In this document: in pieces, positions 37,233 to 64,000 of the stretch
How the letters are laid out: each line of letters opens with the position of its first letter
How positions within the stretch are numbered: the first letter of the stretch is position 1
Assembly (NCBI GenBank): GCA_002633005.1
Contig: NMRA01000408.1
Span: 310,001 to 374,000 of the forward strand
Reading direction: 5' to 3'
Length of the DNA stretch: 64,000 nucleotides
Source of the DNA: Phoronis australis
Lineage: Eukaryota; Animalia; Phoronida
Program-made: the position numbers and the translations under genes
The notes under the pieces: model-generated
The model's input: the letters and a program-made list of their open reading frames with translations, nothing else
The model's database searches: none
Told to the model about the DNA's origin: nothing

Positions 37233-38511
37233 GTATAACCGCCAACAGAAAACACGACAACGTTCATCGTTTGTTACATCTATATAACGTCTAGGCTCAC
37301 GTGACTTGTATGTAGTTTGTACTTGTCAGGTGACATGGAAGTTCTTCACAGGATGGCTCATCGCGACAGTGCATACGAAGACTTTAACTCCGATCAATCA
37401 GACGGTATGTGATAATAAAATGTTAATCAAATCTTTGCATTTAGATTTAGCTACTGTCACGACCTGCGCTGGTGAGTATGATGGGTAAAATTTTGCTCCT
37501 AGTTACGAGCGCAAATTAATTATTACGCCGTAAAATTACAGTGTAAATTATGATTGAATTCGTTGTCGTCTGTAACCATGACCGCGTTCTCGAGGTTGGG
37601 GAACAAGATGGTTTGATGAAATCCCACCCTTGTATAGAGTAAACACGATAGAAGGAGACCCAGTTGTTGAGAGGATCTATGAAAAAGTCGCCCTTTCAAC
37701 GGGGGTTTCCCGAAATAATGTTCATTGAGATTTGAACACTGCATTCTTTTAACGTTGCAAACTCCTACACGTGTAACAACCTTCTATGGAGTTCAGTTGC
37801 AAACTGAACCCTTTTGCAGAATTTCAACCCAAACAGTGAACCCTTTCTTTTCGGAAAAAAACCCTTTATTACGGAATCTGGCTGTAAAAAGTTACACATC
37901 TTCGATATTACGAGGCCATTTTTGTGAGAATAAGAGTCACATTAGTTAATTCGTTTTTAGCTAGCTAACAGTGCGAAATGCAAATTTAATAGTAGTGCCA
38001 TAAAACTATCCATTTCTATAATCCTTTATGATCACAGAATGTTATTATATGCATAATAATAATGCCGGGATGTTTATAGTCATGTCACTGTTAGTCTTGA
38101 ATTCGCATGGAACTTGCAAACTCTATATCTTTATTCTGTTAGCCACTGAAGCGTGTCATGGATTTCATTTGAAGGCCTTATAGTCAGACAAAATGAATGG
38201 CAACGTCCATGGAAGTCGTCATTTTTAACAGTCGAGTTCTCGGGCTACAATGAGATCCCAGACAGAAGTTCGAACCTTATAAGAAACAAAATTTGCAAAC
38301 TTCGTAAGAAAAGATCGTCTTAGTGGAAAAAGCGCTATCATTTGGTTATAACAATACGGGCGTTGTTTTTGAGTACACAATAAAATTCCACGGATATCAA
38401 GGATTTTCTAAAGTATATAGTTTTTTAGTCTGATATTAATACTTGAACAATTATTGAAAAGTCGATCACTGATAACGAAGGTAGCCTGTTACCTTCAACA
38501 TGTATCTACAG

Positions 38512-50298
<11,787 letters not shown>

Positions 50299-51220
50299 TC
50301 ATGGAATTTTATTACTATTGTGCTGACAGAAATGAACACAAAAATGCTAATATCCTACAGTGTATGGATGGATCGAGTATCGCCTCCAATTATAAGAATC
50401 CTGTCATGATCTCGTAAATAAGACGCAAAACTCGTAGCATCTTCAATTTGGTTATGAGTGCGCGATGCGAACATGCTTCCTCCACAAGATTGTCCAAAGC
50501 CTGCGTCAGTAGTGTCCACCCAGCTAAATATCTTTTGGAGGAGGCTACAAACATGTCCTAATTTGTTTAAATCCGAAACAGCATATCTCAGAAATAACTG
50601 GTTGGATTCTTATGGAAGTTTGAGATACTAAGCTTTATGCAGCGTTCCCCAAAACGCTGTGCATATAAAGAAATTATTTTTTAAAAGTTCTCCTTTTGCA
50701 CTAGGAACTATCAAGAATAGAACTCGTTATTTTTAGAAAAGAAATTGAAGTTGCATAAAGGAAAATGAAATGATAAATTAGAAATCTATATCAGCGTTTT
50801 TGAGATTTCACTTTGAATATTCATATCTAACGAAATTTCGAAATTTAATCATGTTTAGTTGTTGATACCGTTGCTTTACTACATGTATGAATGTAAATTT
50901 CTTTTTTGCTCAGTTAATGGCACATTGGTATAAAGTCAAAAATCAAATTCTTCAGACTTTCTATATTCAGAAAATATATGTTTTGACCGAGTTAAAATCA
51001 ATGTAGAAATTGTGTAGAATGAACAGACTTGTCGAAAAGGTGCTACACTACCGTAAGTTAGCAGCCATGTGTGCCTAGATAATGATAAGATCATCTGAGA
51101 CGTGCGGATTTCTTAGAAGTTTGAGAAAGAGGCTCACAACAGCACAAGCTGACGTAATCGTCGACTTGCTACTGTTTTATAACAATGCCTAATAGTTTGT
51201 TCACGTGTCTTGCTCATTAA

Positions 51221-51329
51221 TAGAGAGGTTTCTCAAAGCGACGTGAACGTGAATTACCATGCATTTATAATACCGCGTCAGACATGCCATTGTTCGCAGG
51301 AGTTCGTAGAAACGACGTTTTCACATTCA

Positions 51330-51393
<64 letters not shown>

Positions 51394-51580
51394 TATTTGG
51401 CGGATAGGTACTACGATAACTGGACACCCTGAGCTCAGTTATTTTCTTCACGTTTACTTTCACGTTCGCGTAAAAACTTAGCTGTTGCGAAACCCAGGTT
51501 TGTTACTGTAACGTGAACTAGCACTCGCAGTTACGCATGCGTCATAATTCATATTCACGTCGCTTTGCGAAACCTCTCTA
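51221..51580. mobile_element. MITE with 27-bp TIR and internal (TATACA)n(TA)n microsatellite
   Basis: tagagaggtttctcaaagcgacgtgaa / ttcacgtcgctttgcgaaacctctcta (26/27). Confidence 0.85.
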
Positions 51581-53915
51581 ATGACGCCACAGAAATAACG
51601 GTTTCTGAAGGTAATGTATAGATGAATTCAATTATCAAAGGTATTGTCGTTTCTTATATTTTGATACGCTCTTTTAAGTATAAAAACTTACGGCAGCCTG
51701 AGCAGTTGCAACATTTGCAAGTGTAGAAGAGGTCTATCAAGGCTTCGCGGTACGGTGTATTACGTTGGCGGAATTTGTATTAACCGGAAGATGTGTTATT
51801 GAAAGGTTGGAGGTCCTCGTGGATAAAAATGGCCGGGAGCTGGCGATAACACTTGAGCAAAATATTTTGAAACCTGAAAACTCAATCAGGTCAGATTTAC
51901 CTGTCTATAAACTGCCCTTTTATGTTCTTTGTTCCATTAATTTCACAACACTATTACGAGTGTAGTTCTCTTTGTCTCATGCAGAAAACGCCAGTTTTCG
52001 GCCATGTTGTTATATATGTCACACCTTATTACATAATTAACGGAATAAAATTTCTCCAAGTCTATTACTCTGTCGTAATTTTTTATCGTTTCTTTGTTTG
52101 TACACACGTTACTTGTGGAATTTTTCGCTCGATCGACTTGAAATTCGCAAACAACATGTATCTTGTTAAAATCTAGATGCCAAATAAGACTAATGATGGC
52201 GCCCTGGCATCCACTTTTCAAATTTTAGGACTATCCTTTTTCACTCCCATTAGTTGGTCAGCTGACTTGCATTGTTTGAAAATCATTTGACAAAACATTG
52301 TTACTTTTTACTAACCAGAAAAGTTAAAGCTGAAATTCGCCCTGTTAAGCGGACTAAACACGAAATAGACCTTTAAACTTACTAAACCGGTCTCAAGAAC
52401 TTTCCTAACCATGATAGGACTTACTTTACCGTGAAAACCATATAAACCTTCAGTAGGTCAAGAACCCCGCCGGTTCGTTGATCTTATTAGGGTCATTTTC
52501 GTGAGTACATTGCTAACCATATCTTGCTTTTGGGTCTTCGGTTAAGAGCTCTAAGAATGTTTAAAATCAGTCAAGCAGGTCGAAATGCAACGTAAAGTGT
52601 GTATAACTGTATAGACTGCTCTGCTATAAGTCATGTAGTGAAAAGTGAATTCCTTTTGTTCAGCTGCTGTAAAAAATCAAAAAAAAAATTAGGCAATGAC
52701 TTGCCCCTTTGAAAAACTCACTTAGAACCTCCACTCTGTTGCAACAAGATCATTTAGCTCACCATTTACCAGCAAACGAAACATTAGAAATTCGTGTAGT
52801 TGACTAATCCACACCTCACCAAGTTATCGGACAGATGTCACAAGATGTCCCACAAAGTACTTGAAAAACATCAGCAGCCCCGCAGGTGAAATCTGCTGAA
52901 TTAAATGGTATCACTGATCACACGGCATAGTGGTGGAAAGATTAATCATGTTATAGTTGTACACGAATTTATTACTTATGGGAGCCGAGCTCGAAAAATT
53001 CGTATTCTAATTAATGTTTTGGAGAAATATTCAAATGTTCATCGGAAACCGCTGCCGTACACCTCAGTGATTTGATGAAGATAAGTTTGGTTTTCTCATA
53101 TAATGGTGGTACTTACTGGATGTTTGAAAAATTATGCGACATACGGCCTCAAAATCGGCCTCTAAACTAAACGGCAGGACTTTACTTCCGTCTCTGGAAG
53201 AAGTCCAGAAGGTACTGTGAAAAATCTTCAGAAATCATACAACTCAGTAGCGGATTTAGAGAGGGGGGCAAGGGGGCCGTGGCAACCCCTGAAATTCTCC
53301 CACATTCCATTTGGCACTGAGTTCGGGGGGTGCGAATATCTGACGGGCAAAATCCTGTATAATATTCTGCCCTGCCCCCCCCGAATGAGCTTAGTGATAT
53401 AACTTTGGCTGACTTTTCAAAATTATCTCACTCGTGGCAAACTTCCAAAGTTAGACAAAAAGTTAGCCGCCACGAATCGCCAGTTTTCACACTGCACGAC
53501 CGAGCACCACTAACCTAAAGCTGTTATACCGTGTTCTAATGTAAACACTTCAACTTGCACCTCAGAAGCAACGTCATCGCGTTCTTGTCCTCTGTTGGAA
53601 CTGAGGTATGCTACAAAAATCTCACATAATTCCGCCGACGACCATACTGCTTAACGGCTGGAACTACCCGGCCGTTACTCACAAACTTTAAAGCCCTGTC
53701 AGTTCTCAATTCTAGAAATCACTTCTAACCTGAGTTACTAAGCAACACCTGAAACTGATTTCAAAACACGAGATGTCCTAAGTCAAAATTTGTTTGTTGA
53801 TAGAAGACGCGAGTTTATTGCTTCTTTAAGAATAGATTTGTTGTTACTCTCATTCAAAACTCAGAATGTCATTTATGCAATTTCATTCCTTGTTTCTTCC
53901 ATGTCCGTTCCTTTT

Positions 53916-61915
<8,000 letters not shown>

Positions 61916-63037
61916 CTGTAAAGAGATACTCATTCCGTTTTATTTTAGTTAAAAACTGCAGTAAAGGTATTTTGACGCAAGTTACAGTAGTTCAGTCGAA
62001 AATTAAGCGCAAATAGGGCTCATTAAATTAAACTCCAAATATTTTCAAAGTCATAAATTTCAAAATTCATATTAAATTCAGTAAAAATTGAAATAAATAG
62101 GAACTTTAGTTTAATTTTCATTTTTGGTGGTGCATGAACATCTAAAATGACTCGAGGATTATGAGTAATCATTCAATTGCAACCACATGTAATGGGGTTT
62201 CCGCGAAAACCCGTATACTTCAAAATAAAAACTTAGTAAAATAAAGCATAGCACAAAATTTATACGGATGATAGTCACGAAATGTTTGTATTTTAGGTAT
62301 TTCTATCGACTTACTAAACACACCCATGGGAAGAATATCTTTAGAAGTTAGATTATGTGAAGCAGATGAGTTATTAGGAAATTACTCCATATGCTCAAAT
62401 GACCAGAGTTTGTCCGATCATTGCTTTGAATAAATTAGAACCAATTGAAATCGTCTCAAACGTGATGGTTTATCAAGTATACTTAATACTAGACACCACA
62501 ACACCATCATAGTTAGTCCGTTTTTGTTTGGCAAATTTTAATCTCACTCTTGCCTCGTGTTCAACATCTATGTGAAATAGTCCCGTATTGGATATTTAGT
62601 TTGTTAATAAGTGTCGAGACATATTTGGCAGTGATCAGTCAAAGGACAATGGATGACGCATAATAAAACTCCCAGGCTCTAATGCATCAAGTTCGAATGC
62701 ACGTAAGAAACACAAATATTTGTCTTCTGTCGATTGCGTAGATTAAAGCAAAAAAATCGCAGTCCTCCGACCAGACTTTTCATTTAGATCATATAAATCT
62801 GATCTCCTAACTCGTTAATTACGTAGATTAGAACCACGTCTGAGCTTGGGAAGGACTAAAGTTTGATTGTTGTGTGAAATTTTGTTTGGCTCGTAAAAGA
62901 ACTTGTCGCCACAAGCGAGCTTATAGAGCAATATTGAACTTTAGCTCCTTCTTTATCTTGAAATAATATGCCGATTTCACAAACCAACGAGTTACCTAAA
63001 CCGATACTCTAAACTTCGCGAGTCACGGCGATCTTAC

Positions 63038-63068
63038 CCCCACCTGCCCGTCCCCGCTTGCTACAAAT
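63038..63068 (-). CDS. Candidate 31-nt propeptide exon of the protease (ICSKRGRAGG)
   Basis: ctttttcag acceptor and gtaaga donor; ends in phase 1 matching exon 61915; would supply a Cys partner for the Cys in VKPVCLP. Confidence 0.35.
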
Positions 63069-63525
63069 CTGAAAAAGGACTTAATGATCGTTACCAGATG
63101 TTAGGGGTAAATTTCACTTCGTTTACATTGTCAATTCATTGATCGAAGACCTTTCTCATATTGGATCTGAACTTACTTACCAATTAGGCTTATAAGATGA
63201 CACAACTACATATGGTACCTACTATTTCGATCAAAAAATTCTGTCCCGTTTGACATTAACGCCGGTATAATCTCACCTTCCCTAAGAAATAACTTGAGAG
63301 GGCTTAGTTACTTTAAACAACATTCAAGAACAGCAATGCGCATATGAAGCTCAAAACTATTCCAGAATTTAAGTGAACAGAAGGTTTCGTCGTCAATTAA
63401 AAGCACCTATTATATATCTAGACACATCATTATTACATAAAATGGCAAGTGTATTTTACCAAAAAACAAAACTCTTGAATCTTCTTGCAAATTTACAAAT
63501 TAAACAAAGTCTGTTACAGAGATAA

Positions 63526-63769
63526 GGGGCTCTTTCCAAGAAACTGATTAAATTTATTTTTGATTTAAGTCTAACATTTGTCTTAACCTCAAAACTATGA
63601 AACTTCCACATCCGGTAAGAAAGTAAAAGTTAAGACAAAATTGAAGTAAAAACTGGACTCAGACTTAAAATCTTTTTTGAAGCGGTCTTGAGACAAGTTT
63701 TATCTTAAAATTGACTGAAATTTAAGATTTGTACATGTTTGCTTAGTCAGTTTTCTTGGAACGCACCTC
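63526..63769. mobile_element. MITE with imperfect TIR
   Basis: ggggctctttccaagaaactga versus reverse complement gaggtgcgttccaagaaaactga. Confidence 0.55.
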
Positions 63770-64000
63770 TTGTGTTAAAAGACCTACCAGTTTCAATAAG
63801 AAGTGGGAGATTTTCAAACCAAACTGTATTAAAAGTGATCTACGATATCTGATCAAACAGGAACGTAAGTACTTTTCATTAATAACCTAATAACAAGTAA
63901 TTAATGCTCACCAGTCTCCTATAGTTAGTTTGCCACACATGACTGTCATTTTATACGCTGAGCACGCTCTCAAGTATTCACGACCTTTCAGTTATTTCAT

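Overview
AT-rich animal (invertebrate-like) genomic DNA with GT-AG introns; the species cannot be named from sequence alone. Four protein-coding genes were reconstructed by hand with phase-consistent exons: (1) a 6-exon Na+/K+-ATPase beta subunit (minus, 16250-25001, 310 aa); (2) head-to-head with it, an intronless WDR4/Trm82 tRNA m7G46 methyltransferase subunit (plus, 25310-26515); (3) an LRRC74-like leucine-rich-repeat protein with two C-terminal EF-hands (plus, at least 38512-50298, possibly from 32737); (4) a 5'-incomplete trypsin-like serine protease (minus, 53916-61915+) ending in a (Lys-Gly-Asn-Gly)n tail. The rest is dense in transposon debris: a Penelope RT/GIY-YIG remnant, a LINE 3' end, a Kolobok-like deletion derivative, THAP and zinc-finger fragments and several MITE families. 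The most interesting signals are RNA-level: an inverted pair of tRNA-Leu-headed SINE-like elements whose consensus is a minimal hammerhead ribozyme, a separate solo minimal hammerhead, and a roughly 150-nt structured motif with a covarying 12-bp stem shared by two diverged retroelement ends that has no hammerhead core.
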